A stretch of DNA of 64,000 bases from Ramazzottius varieornatus (taxonomy: Eukaryota > Animalia > Tardigrada): NCBI GenBank assembly GCA_001949185.1, contig BDGG01000007.1, positions 2,066,730 to 2,130,729 on the forward strand, written 5' to 3'. Made by a program: the position numbers and the translations under genes. The notes under the pieces were generated by a model that was given only the letters and a program-made list of their open reading frames with translations, made no database searches and was not told the DNA's origin. Below are positions 46,982-59,719 of the stretch, piece by piece (position 1 is the stretch's first letter; the number at the start of each line of letters is the position of its first letter).

Positions 46982-49900
46982 TAGTGATGTTCTAATATAG
47001 TAATATTATATTAAAGTAGATGATAGTAGATGGTTTGAGCATCGACTATATTTAGTAACATTTAGTAAACAGGTTTAGGCTCCGGAACCCGATATTAATA
47101 TTTTAGTAGCTTGAAAGTAGAAGTGCGATATTTTATTATTATTAAGCTGTTCATCATCTGTAGTAAAATATATCTTACTTTCCGGTTAACGGCACCGCTG
47201 GTTCAAAAAACTGCCTGTGTGCTGGTTGCTCAATGTGCGACCACGCCCTATAAAGTGCGCCACACCATACCGATGCCTCTACAGCGGCGCAGTAGGGCAA
47301 CTGCCGTACTGCGAAATTGCGAATGAATACCGTAGAATATCATGCAGCTGCATACGGTGCGACACTTTGACCAGCCATGTTAGAGAGTGTAGGTGCAGGA
47401 TGCAAGCTGTACTACAGGAGTTGTACTACAGAAAAGGCGCAAAGAAGAAGCTACCACCGGAAAGAGGGAAAGCTCCTGTAGCAGCTGCAATAGCAGCAAG
47501 CCCACCAGTAATCGACATTGCGGAAACCGATGACGGTTCAGACTCCGAAGATGAGTCGTCTCGACCGCATTCGACATCGTCTTCCAGTCGATTTTCCCAA
47601 AAGCGTAAACAACCCGGTGGTCAAAAGAAAGCTTCTGCAGTATGGCAGTACTATACTGAGGATGCTGAGACGGATACGTCAACGTGTAAATCCTGTAACC
47701 ATGAAGCGAAGCCTGCTGGCAACACCGGAAACGCTGTGTCCCATCTGAAGAACCGTCATCCCGACGGATTTGCCAAGTATGAAGAGCAGGAAAAGCTTCG
47801 TAAAGACCTCGAGAAGAAGAAGAAGCAGGACAAGCCAGCCACAGGCATTGCCATGATCCTGTCCAAGCTGAAATTTGAATCGTCAAACCCGTACGAGCAG
47901 GGAAGTTTGAGGTAAGTCGGCCTTTGCTGTTGCTTGTTGCTGTTTCTTTCTGCTCTCTCCGTCGATCTACTTCAGGCTAATTATTTGTGCTTTCTGACTG
48001 TAGATATCGAACGATCCTGCGCGAACGGGCCTTGTGGGTTTTACGGACAACGGCGACTCCATCCTTATGCGCGAATCTGGCTACCCAACGTGCTTTCGTG
48101 AAGCATGATCCTCGTTCCCCTGCTTTTGGAAGGTAAGCCCTGGATACGGAAATGGATAAGGTCTATGAGCAGAGGCTTGGTTACATGAAGGCAGTGCTTT
48201 GTCGTGCCACCAAGATATCTCTCTCTACAGGTGAATCGGAATTTGACCCTGGCATGTCGCACTTTTCCGAGTCCACACAGTGCCGCTCGATTATTCAAGC
48301 TTACGATGGAGATTTTGGCTGGGTGGGAGATTCTTTCGTACAAGATATCCACCGTAGTGACAGACAACGGTTCAAACATGGTGGCCGCTTTCAAAGCCCT
48401 CGTTCAGTCGAATAGGTAAATCCTGACGAGTCAGAGGAGGAAGAACCACAGCTGAACGTAGTTTCAGCTGAAATGGAAGACGCGAACACGCAGCAAGAGG
48501 TCAATGAGTACATGAGATTCGAGGGTGAATGCGAGACCGAGTTCGACGGAAGGTAATTTTCTGTTACTGCGCTTTGTCCATATATAATTCCTAGGCAAAC
48601 AAAAATCGACAAGATGGATCTTCGAGTGGCGCACGCTTTCAGGCGATAACAATGCCAAACTGCGCGACACAAGAAAACCTTTTTGTCTAGTCTGTTTGCC
48701 GAGCTTCCACATCACGTCCATATGGAATGAATGAATGTTCTGCTTTTCGAGCATTACGGTCAACCGCACATCAGTGTGAATCCTTTTCTGTTGCAGAATC
48801 AAGCGTCACAGTTGTACCATCCATCGACTGCAGACCGCAGTTCGAGCATTCGAGAAGGATAAAAAGCTGAAGCCGATCATCAAGAAAGCCAGAATTATAG
48901 TCAAGACTTTTTGAATGTCTCACGTAGCCACGGGTAAACTTTTCAAAGCTACCGAGCTGGCATTAATCGCAGATGTCTCAACCCGATGGAATTCTACTCT
49001 GCTCTTTCTGCGACGACTTGATGAAAAACGAGAAGCCGTGAAAGAGATCATGGCTCGTCACTTGAAGATCCCTTGTTTAACTCCTGGTGAATGGCTCATT
49101 ATAAAATTTATCATACGTCTACTGGAGAAGTTTAATACGGTCAGCAAGTCTTTGAGCTATCCCTTTATAATTTCTAATGAAGTCAGAAATTTTTGGTTTG
49201 ATGTCGTATGTATTGAGTATTCACAGGTTACGGACAAACTCAGCGCGGATAAGGAAGCGACCATCCACCGAGTTCACTTTTACATGAACGGACTAGTCAG
49301 GCATTTGGAGTCAGTTCGCGATGCTCTTCTAAAGCTCGACTTTTCAAGCTTCCATATTGAGAACCCATTCGATGAGGTAATTAGCGCCAACTCAGAAAAA
49401 TAACAAAATGTGCTGTAGTATGTCACTTCAAGCTTTAATTTTCTCGCCATACACTTTCCTACGAGAAATCTTACTAAAAACTACAATCGAAATCTCTTAC
49501 TTATGGTGGTGTACGGTGATCGTGTTTGTCGTTCAGGTCATTCTTGCCATGGATTCAGAGCTGTCGCGCGTGCTGGGATATGTGATAGATGATTGCAACC
49601 CAAAGTTCGATGCTGTCTACATTGCGAGCACATTTCTCCATAAGAAACTGAGACTTACATTGCCACAGCGACTGTCTAGTCTTGCTTCGAGATGGCTGTC
49701 ATTGAAAAACATTGAGTGGTATGAGGAGCCCACGCAAGATAAACACATACCGGTCACATGTCATACCTAGTTTCTATGGGGGTGAAAAACGTAGCACCTC
49801 GCTGCTTTTTAGAAACATTGCCAGAATCGACTGCACTGAATGCGAACAGTAATCCAGATGGTATTGACGACTTGGATTTCTTTATCGATGCAAGTTCAGA

Positions 49901-50474
49901 AGTCACGCAACAGAAATCTCCATTTGACTTGGAAGTTCAGACCTACGTAAGCCTTCCTGTCGGCTCCGACGACAACGTTGAAGACAACCCGGAAGTCTTC
50001 TGGATACAGAATGCTGATAAGTTCCCTCTGTTGAGTCGTCTCGCTTTGGACATCCTGGCCATTCCCGCTGCTTCGAGTGCGCCCGAAAGAGTCTTCTCTA
50101 TCGCATCGGCGGCGACTATGGGCAAGGGAAACAGACTAGCTGGTCACAATCTCGAAAGAAAAATTCTCTGTCCCCGAAATTCAGAATACTTGGCCGAACT
50201 TGACGATTAAGCACTTTAGACGGTCCGAGCAAATAGTGGGGACCATTCTTGCTGGCCTGATTGATGTGATTCTGATTCTTTAGATCTTCTGTCGAGCTCT
50301 CCGATATTAAAATATATTTTAATAACGAACCTCCAAAGCTTCTACTATAGTAACATTTTAGTAAGTTAGGCAGAGGTTTTACTATAGTAGTTCGGAGTTA
50401 GTAAGACTTTAGCAGACGGCGGATAATTATTTTTATTATATTAGATGTTATTATCCCATATTAGAACATCACTA
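46982..50474 (+). mobile_element. Full-length hAT transposon with an intron-containing, disrupted BED-finger transposase
   Basis: TIR tagtgatgttctaatat / atattagaacatcacta; 8-bp TSD CGTTCATG; SAVWQYY..C..C..NTGN..SHL..RH (BED), VVTDNGSNM, DVSTRWNS, FW..FPLLSRLALDILAIPAASSAPERVFS; in-frame TGA at ~48912. Confidence 0.93.
48610..48668. repeat. Palindromic element unit inside a hAT transposase intron
   Basis: caagatggatcttcgagtggcgca-27 nt-tgcgcgac. Confidence 0.75.
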
Positions 50475-51672
50475 CGTTCATGTACTACGAACACGTAAAA
50501 TGGATCAGCTACACACCTGTGTCACTGCGAAGGCACTTGTAGATCTGAGATGAATTGAAAGAAGACGGAAAAGGCAGGGACAAGTCGCGGTGATGGACTT
50601 TCAGACAGCAGCTGCAGACGGTGGTGATGTACTTGTCCAGAACGAAGACGTTCAGGATAATCTGCAAATAAAAAGCTGGTGTACTTACTGTATGCAATCA
50701 CGACAAATCCAGTTAGCAGTCTTACCATAAGCTGACAGGTAGGGAAGAAGATCAAGGTTGGTTCCGCCAACAGACACACAGGAAGAAGAAGTTGTTCGTG
50801 AAAACGCGCGAATATTGCGTCATACGGCACAGCCCTGTTAATAGCTCCTTAACAGGTTCGTGCCAACTAGAAGTTTAAGTTTAGGAAAAGCTGGGAATTA
50901 TAACCTGTCCGAATAGATGTCTGATTGGTTTGGTGGAAGTATGCCATATCAGACAGTATGTGTAGGATCGTGGTCTTAAGTGTTATTCGAGTACAGTTTG
51001 TAACACGCAATCAACTTTACTACTATATTAATTATTCTACCGGCTTGCAGTGGCCGCACATGTTTTTTCCTTTGAGCAAAAAGATAGCCCTCAAAATCTA
51101 ACATTTAAAGCTGCGTCAGTTCACTGAGAGCAATGCTGAACACTAGCCAGAACAAACTTGCTGCTTTCTCCACTGGTAAAAGAAGCCCATAGCCTGCCAA
51201 ACCCAACTCTCCGCGTGATTGTGCCATGCTATGCAATGCTATAAAGCCTGCCATGGTAAACAGCTTCGGCACGTGTACCACTCTGGTGAGACCTTGATTC
51301 TGACTTCGGATTCCTCAGGGTCTGTTTGACATAGGTTATAGTCCCGTTCTACTTCGCCCTTGGAGTCCAGAAACTTTAAAATGCTCTCCTGAACAATTTG
51401 GTCGTAAGCCATCTGGACGCATTCTCATATGGAGATACTCACGTAGCAGTGGATAAGTGCAGTATAAGACTACATGAACCGAAACTTTCTTGAAAACTAA
51501 AGGAGCAGAAATCGATGGGTATGTTGCGGAATGTACTTCACAGTCAATCAGCGAAACTTGTGTGGGTCATTAGCAATATGCAAGCCGTTTTCCCGATGTC
51601 GGTGGCCGTAGAAAGCAGGAACGGAGGAATGTATGAGGAGTACTGTAGAGCACGTCAGAGTTGTCCGATCCA

Positions 51673-53200
51673 CTAAAACAAGGTGGCATCGAGCTGAAAT
51701 TTGGCCGCTTCTCCCTCGATCCATCTGTCCAGTTTATTGCTCATATCTTCCGAGAAATGCTCCTTCCAGTTATTCACTTTGCCTGTAGGGACAGTCGAAA
51801 GAATAGACGTTGCCCAGTCAGCTAAGGCCAATTGCAAGCAGCAATTAATTCAACTACGCACCTTGGCGCATGTACTTGAAGAGAACTTGGCTGGTATTGG
51901 AATCGATGACATTTAGCTACTTGGCCATGTTCAGCTTGTCGTTCTTTTCCATTCTCTCGAAAGTGGTGTGGTGGGCCACCTGTTGTGCTTGTTCCTCGGT
52001 CAATGGATTGCCCAAAAAGTCCACCAAACGCCGGATCTCGGCCGCGGCATCCTTCAAGCACAATGATCCATCATTCCACCCCTTGCCATTTCATCACACT
52101 GTGAGTGAAGGTCAAATGTGGGACGGTACCTGGTGCAGGCGCTCGTAGGAGACGTGGAAAAAGTTGGGCTGCTGCCAATGCTGCCAGAAGCTGTTGAAGT
52201 AGTGGAAATAGAGCCCATAGTGGACGTGACCCTCCATGAAGGCTTCGGCGAAGACATCGAGGTTGGCCACCGGATGGGCACAATTCAATTGCTTAATGTG
52301 CTTGAACATGAAATACATCGAGACGATAGTGTCTTTGACGTTGCGGTAGATGAAGATGATCTGCAGAGAGACGACACCACACCTCATCGTAATATACTCA
52401 GTTGTTCTCGATCAGCTGTACAGTACCTTTGACTTGTTCTCCTTGGCACTGTCGGGTAGCAGCTCGTAAGGCAGATGAGTTCGCAGCAAACGAGGTGGTG
52501 CTCTTCTTTCCGCCACTTCACCGGGTTTTTGCCACCGTGAATTGGACGGTTGATGTCGAAGAACAACCAGTCGTGCAGTGGATCAGCGTCGTTTTCCTTG
52601 ATTGGCTGACCCTCGGAGGATTTGACGATCATGGATCCTATAGCCTGCCCCCAAATGGACCCTGGTAGTACAGAAACTAATGGTCAAGTTTCATGACTTA
52701 TTGGCCATTCCATCGAAGTTGTTAGCCGTAGAAAGTCTAAAGTTGAGATGCTCAGACAGAGCAAGACGATCCAAATGCCAGCAGATACCCTTCGATGATC
52801 AACAAGCCGACTTAACTTTAGATAGCCATGCCAAGCTTCTCAGGGCGTACCCGCTGTGGGGAAGGTGCACAAAAGAGTGTCCTCCTTTCTACACTGTAGC
52901 TTGGCTATTTTGTCCATGACAGGGCCATTGAAGTCCTCCAGCAGCTTGACCTTTCCCGGCCCGTAGCAAGCCCTTAAAGTTGACAAAACATGGACAATTT
53001 CAACTGCTGCTTCGAAACGAGCGGGTGCCTCGCAATAGGCGTTTTCCCCTCCACTGTATACGAAACAGGTTTACAATACCTAGTGTTTCAAATTTCACAT
53101 GCTGGCTAATATGTGTGACTTGGAGCGTTTTGGAGTTACCGCACTTACAGTTTGTCAGTTTTATCGAATGGCGCATTGGCAAGGCCATTGGAATGATGAA
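51673..53200 (-). pseudogene. Cytosolic sulfotransferase (SULT)-like, disrupted
   Basis: DTLLCTFPTAGSIW, PRLLRTHLPYELLP, IFIYRNVKDTIVSMY, VSYERL, MRQGKVNNWK; frameshift near 52520 and in-frame TAG at 51917-51919; 5' end uncertain. Confidence 0.78.
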
Positions 53201-54929
53201 GCTGCTGAAACTTTAAACTCGACAGAGACGTTGAAAAGATCGGCCTGTTGAGAAACTCAAAATAACTCTGACAGAGGTATCCGATAGGGCAGTTTCAGTT
53301 TAGGGGAAATTGTGTCGTGAAGCAAGCGTCCAGCAGGAAGCCAAAGATGAAAGTGAGCACGAGGCTGAGCAGGAGCTTGAAGCACGTAGCCGAAATTCGT
53401 GTACAATAGAATACCTAAAGGTTGAGCTGAGGTGGAGTTAGTGCAACAGAGTAGCACCTCATTCGTGCCGGAAGCAATTGATATGGAGCGGAACAAACAT
53501 CGACAATCAAACGGGTTGAAGCTAGGGGGCGTCGCCAAATAGCCCCATTCACCACCTTCTCGATTAGCCGAAGTTTGGGAATATGATGTACAGTGCGCCG
53601 CCTGTCAACTTGGAACGGCCAACCTTCATGTTTTCTTCTTGACCACCGGACAAACCATTCCTCGACTTTGAAACATTCGCTAGATGCAGGGATGTTTGGA
53701 CTCGAGACAGAATTTTTTTAGAGACTGTGGCCCAAAATGAGTGCCCGACCGAAAATTAATTTTCTGACCCGGACGAGATTTCGATCGAAAACGGGAAAAA
53801 TTCCAGACAGTTTTGCAGATACGCTGTCGAGTGTCTGATAGTAGTGGACCGGACGAACTCGATTCTTCAGGCAAAGGAGAAGAAAACGAGGAGCAATAGC
53901 TTACCTGGGATATCGCCACGTACATACTGTACTAGTGTGCGCCGGGAAAGTGAGTTTCTCACCCGCTGCTCAAGGTGCGAATGAAGCGTATTGCAGAGGT
54001 GGGCTGGAAGTAATGGTTGCATGGCAGTTTCACCCCATCTCCCACTTAGAGAGGTAGCGCACCAATGGGTATATACACCGACTCCCATAAGTGACAGGCT
54101 ACCCCACACCTCCACTCAAACATTTATAATTCCTTCGCCTGCAACCAATTTCTACATTCTAAAGTTGCCTGAAAAGACTAATGTTTTATGTTCCAGACCG
54201 CGTGACTACAGGTTTATCAATAAATCTACTGGCAGTGCGCGGCCCAAAACCTTTCGAACTACATCATTTCCGGCATCGCGTTGAGCGAGCAAGCCGGCAC
54301 TTGGCATAGTCCGCTAGTCATCGTCAGGTAGAACCAATAGCGGTCTTTCAAATAAGCCCGCGCGTGAATTTTTCGGAGCTCTGTGAAGAAAGTTTCACTA
54401 CTATGTCAACCATGAAAGAGTTTCAGTTATCTTCGGCAAGAAATATCCCGTGTGCCTTATTTCCGATATCCTTGCCACCAAGATACGTCTGAATGGTAGT
54501 CACTTCAGCCAAGACGATTCTGCTTTCTTGTTCAGGTCTTTCGATCAAACGTACCGGAAGTGTCGAAAGTTATATATGGAAACGGTGTGTTTTACGCCGC
54601 GGAAAGCCCAGATCGGCATGTTAGTGAAACGACTTCTGCAGAGCTCCCAAAAACTTCACACTTAAAATGTTGCGAGTCTTTGCATTTCACCCAATATTCT
54701 GCCTCTGATAATGACGACGGATGACAGTCAAGTGAACCATAACTGATTTAATGAGCCATTCGCGGTTTCGCCTTGTAAAAGCACACTTGTTTGGCCATTA
54801 AGAGTTTGCTATAGACACATTGGCCATCAAAGTGCTGCTTTATCGGCGGCGTCTTGTCCTTTTGTCCTAGGTCATCTAAAACCATAGGTCGAGAGATCCC
54901 CGTTTGGAGCTGCAAGAGAACATGCATCA

Positions 54930-56679
54930 CTTGGTCGTGCTGCTGGCACATTAGCCACGTTAGCACGTCCAGATGGGCTGGCAAAGGCTTACGGCTATGC
55001 CGCACCAAGCGCCCTTGAAGAAGTCAAGGACCTCAAAGCTGTCGTCGTGGCAATATTAAGTATCTGCTGACCCTTGAAGCCCATAAAGCAACTAAATGTG
55101 ACCATGCAGATGGCCATTTGCCTTTGCAAATATTTCGACACGCGAAGCGGGGGCCACTGTATGCATTTCCCACCAACCCACAAGGAGCAGAAATATGGCC
55201 GGGTGCTTTGCGCAAGTTGACGGCCAAGGGAATGCAAGAGGCCTACCAACTGGGAAAGCTCGTTCGCTGGCGCTACGCATCTCTCTTGGATCCATCGGCG
55301 CCTGTAGCTGATCAGCTACTCACAACCCACAGAGACTTTCCCAGCAGGGCAGACTTTTGACCTGTAACCTCCTTCAAGTGGCGCACTATGCAATAGCCCT
55401 CCTGCTGATGTGTAGCTTACCATTGACTCGTCGGGAACAAGTCGGACATTAACCTGTGCACAAGTGTTGTCCAGCGCGCCTTGTTCCCTGCCCTATGCCT
55501 TCGCCCCTGGGACGATCCGCAACGGCCTTCAACCTGTCGACCGCTACCCATCTACTCCCACGATATCAACGACCGCGACGCCATCTTTGCTATTTCCCTT
55601 TGCCCACTTTTCCAACAGATGAAGAACAACTGGCAAGAATACCCCAGTTCGCTTCCGTACAGAAACGATTGCAGGTCATATGGCACGGGCCGCACTGGTT
55701 ACATGGTACAACCATTTCAAAATCAGTCTAACTCCTCTTATATACTTGCAGAACTTGACGGCCTTTGTTCAACAGCAAGCCGCCATACGGATACGTAACT
55801 TTGTCTTTCCGCGGACTTACTTTGTTCTCAGTGATATCTTTTACGCTCAGCGCCAGCATGGCATTCCTTTACCGCCCTGGGTTACTCCCAGCGTGGAGAA
55901 GGATATCAACTTCTTGTCTGATCTGTGGTCTGTGTACATGCTGGGAGGAGTTAACCGCACTGCCGAGTCCGCTAACAAGCGCATCAAGCTACATGGCGGA
56001 AAGCTGCTGCGGACCATCATGGAAGTGCTGACACGCAAAGTCAACGGCTCCACCCTGGACAGCAGCGTAAAATTCTTTGCCTACTCTGGAGTACCTTCTA
56101 CTGCAATATACATTAGCTACGGCACAAATTAAAAGTATTATCTGGCTAATTTTCTTGGTAGCACGACGAGAATATCGGAGTTACTTCATCGGCCTTTGGG
56201 CTGTACCCTTTCCGCAACAAAGATACTCCAGGACACATCGGCTACGCCGTAAGTAAGCAGCATATGCATGTGATATTCCATGTAAAGTACAGGTGGAAAT
56301 CAAGGCGCTGGTAGTGGCGACCAACAATGAGAAATGAGCTTGGCGATGTTTCAGTCGGCCATCGTCTGGGAGCTATTCAACAATGACAGCGCCAGGATCG
56401 TCTTCAAGAAGAAGAGGTATGATGGAGACACTTCAAGATGCTACTTTGTATGTGTTTATTGGCCTTACTGCTTGGTACAGACCAGAAGAGCCGATGGGCA
56501 ACCCTGACGTCTTGGTCCATCCGGAGTGCGCAGAGTTCTGCCCGCTGGCAAAGCTGCTCCAGCTGTCTATGCCCTACTTCATGTCCGAAGGCGAATGGTT
56601 GCAGAGATGCCACACACCGACTGTTCCCAAGGGACCTACTGAGGCTGCCAAATACGACATCGACAACCCAAATGCCTAA
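54930..56679 (+). pseudogene. Histidine acid phosphatase paralog, probably degenerate
   Basis: IFRHAKRGP, GQLT-like RKLTAKG, FFAYSG|HDENIG, ECAEFCPL; splice acceptor reads ttgcaa rather than AG at ~55128, frameshift near 55480, stops in the signal-peptide region. Confidence 0.68.
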
Positions 56680-57399
56680 CTCCACCTTGCCGCCCTTCCT
56701 ACCTTCGCGCGGCTTTTTTCAGCGCACTTTGATCTGAGCGGTGGGGAGAGTAACTGAGGTGCCACGTGGTTTAAATCCTGCGTGCTGAGAGATTGCGGGC
56801 GAGCTAAGCTTTTGCCTTCTGACGTCACAATTTCTTCATTCCTGAAGTTTGTCGACTGAGTGCACTAGTGGCAATGACATGGATGATATCAGACCAGCTA
56901 AAATGTAATTTCGCTCGCAGTCTGTCATCAAGCCTGATTTAGACCACGTGACACCTCAGATACTCTGCCCACTGCTCCTTTTGGTCGAGAACAAAAGAAA
57001 AAGAGTTGACATGTCATCCAGCACCTGTTGTTCATTCACTGTGGGACAAATGTTGGTGGGTATGACGCACTTTGAAGCTAATCTAACTTAAACAGCCACT
57101 TTAATGGCCGCAGGCTCGCAAGCTTCTGTCATGTCTCTTAGCCAAAGAACGCGCATCAAAATGTTTACGACAAAAAAGTGTAAGCGATACATGCTGGAAA
57201 AATCAGCTGTCTTGTCCATATCACGCATCATATTGTGCGTCTCAAATTGCATGCCAAATGGTCACTGTACATTGAAATTGGGGAAGAGTACCATCACGGT
57301 CGGCCTTAGTTTCATTAGACCCGCTGATGTTTTCTTTTGATATGTCAAAGAGACGACGATGATATAGAGACGTAGCTCGGCAGCAGTGACGGAAGATTG

Positions 57400-59472
57400 A
57401 TGGATCCCTCCACCTTTTGCCTGCTTTTGGCCTTCTTCTCCTCTTTGGTCTGTCTGGCCCGCAGCGATCCAACGGTTCAGGAAGCCCTGGACAGGAATGC
57501 GGGCAGCTTGAAAGCGGCTGTTATTGTAAGTCAAGAGAGAGTCAGGAATGCAAAAGTGCGCTCCACAAAAAGATTGTCATTGGATGGGCCCCGTTTGGTG
57601 GTAGGTTTTCCGACATGGTGATCGTTCGCCATTCTACACCTATCCAACCGATCCTCACGGTGAGGGCGCCTGGCCCGACGGATTTGGTCAGTTGACAAAG
57701 AAGGGTATTAGGCAGCAATATCGTCTCGGCCAGTATTTTCGTCGTCGCTATGCTGATTTCCTTGGACCAAATCCATCGCTCAAGCAGGCAAGTCAAGTCA
57801 GTAGGGATGTACCGTATTATCTTCGTACAGTAGTCACCCCTAAACTTGATTTGTCAATTGCTGGTCATTAAGCCTAGGTCAAGCTGGAGTCATCGGGGAT
57901 GGCTCGCACGTTGCAAAGCGCAGCTGCCTTTGCAGCGGGCTTCTTGCCACCCTCACAGAACGGTACTGTATGGGGCGACGAGCAAGACAAGCTGGCACAC
58001 TTGTGGCAACCCGTTGCCATATACTCTCGCAAGATCGAGGAAGGCGACGCCCTCTTCAGCGTCTCCACTTGCCCAAGATGGCAGTACCTGAAGAACACTC
58101 TGGACCAACTTCCAGAAGCCCAATTCTTGGCCCATCGCTTCGCTGTAAGTCCATACCTTTCTGTACCAGTGTACCTTACCTGCAAATTTGTCAGGATAAT
58201 CTGTTTGAATGTAGAATCTGACGGCCTTGGTGAAGGAGAAGACGGGCATGGAGGTCTTCAACTATCCCCGATCTTACATTACCCTACACGATATTCTCTA
58301 CACACAAGAGCAAAATGGGTTGGCATGGCCGGGTTGGGTGACTGCAGCTGTCTTTCGGGACATCAAGTACATGGCCGACGCCACTTTTCACATGGCCGCA
58401 GGTGTTAACAACAGGACTTCGCTAGAGCGGCAGAGAATTCGCGGTGGCAACATGTTGCGAGTCATCATGGAGGAGCTGACTAGGAAAGCCAACGCTTCGG
58501 ACGTCAATGCCGACGTCAAAGTCTTTCTCTACTCCGCCGTAGGTTCCTACAAAACATCTGCTCTTTTCTCATTTCCACGGCTGCCAACTGGCAAGTACCA
58601 GCTGCAGTAAAATTGACAAAGCTTTTGCAGCACGACGAAAACATCGCCGCCTTGTTAGCCGCCATGCATTTGTACGATTTCGATCCAAGTAGCTCGGCGA
58701 CATTGAATGGAGCGCCTAACTATGCCGTAAGTCCTGACCAGTCTTTGCCAAGGTTCCGAAATGTAGCACAGCAGGGCCTCCAAACTACTGTACCTACAGC
58801 CAACTCTCATGATTGGCATTGGCTGGATACCTCAGTTTAGACCATACTGATTTGATGGCCTGTTATATTTTCGCAGTCCAGTCTGATATTCGACATGTTT
58901 GAGGATGAGACGGTACGCATCTCTTTCAAGAATGAAAGGTTGGTCCCCCTGTCTGCAACTGTGACTTTACGATGTAGATATCTCTTGGTATGCCTTCTTA
59001 TTATTGTAGGCCGGAAGAAGATGAGCGGGAGGCGCAAGTGTTGACCCATCCCAACTGCAGTACTTTCTGCCCGCTGCATCGACTGATAAACCTGACCAGG
59101 CCCTACTTCATGACAGAGGCGGAGTGGCTCAAGGAATGCCAAAGTAGCAAGCTGCAACCGCTACAGCAAACAGCGGAGATGGCACGTAAGAAGATCAATC
59201 CTTTACCCATACCCCCAGCCACCAAGTTGTACTGTTTCACAACTAATGCATTAAGGGTGCTTTGATCTGTAGTGACGACAAAGCTGGCTGTTGGCATCGG
59301 TGGCCTACTGGCCTTCAGCGTGGTGCTGCTCTTGATACTCTTTTGCGTCGTTGGATACGCTCGCAATATGTCCTCCGGTCGACCCTACCTCTTTGACGAC
59401 TCCAGAGCTCCTTCTAGACGAGCAAGCAACGTCAGATTTGACAAAGAAAACCAAACTTTCCTCCAAAAGTGA
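57400..59472 (+). CDS. Lysosomal/prostatic-type histidine acid phosphatase with signal peptide and C-terminal TM
   Basis: Exons 57400-57525, 57605-57787, 57878-58144, 58215-58538, 58631-58726, 58877-58938, 59010-59185, 59273-59472; [26 protein letters not shown]. Confidence 0.92.
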
Positions 59473-59719
59473 CTTCTGCCCCACAAGCTCGCCATTGATG
59501 GCTTGGAAGGCCCTTTCCATCACTTCCTACTTGCCTGACCTTTATTTGTCGTGTGGTGAATGTGATAGCATCACACCACTGTCCTAAGGTCTTGTTAACC
59601 AGAGCGATATATTGTAGAAAAAGCTGAAAGAGCCAAAGCGTATCAAAATACTAAGCACACTTTCATCTTATTGTCCCTCCAGCCATCCACCATGTCAAAC
59701 CTTACGTCTATTCCACATA

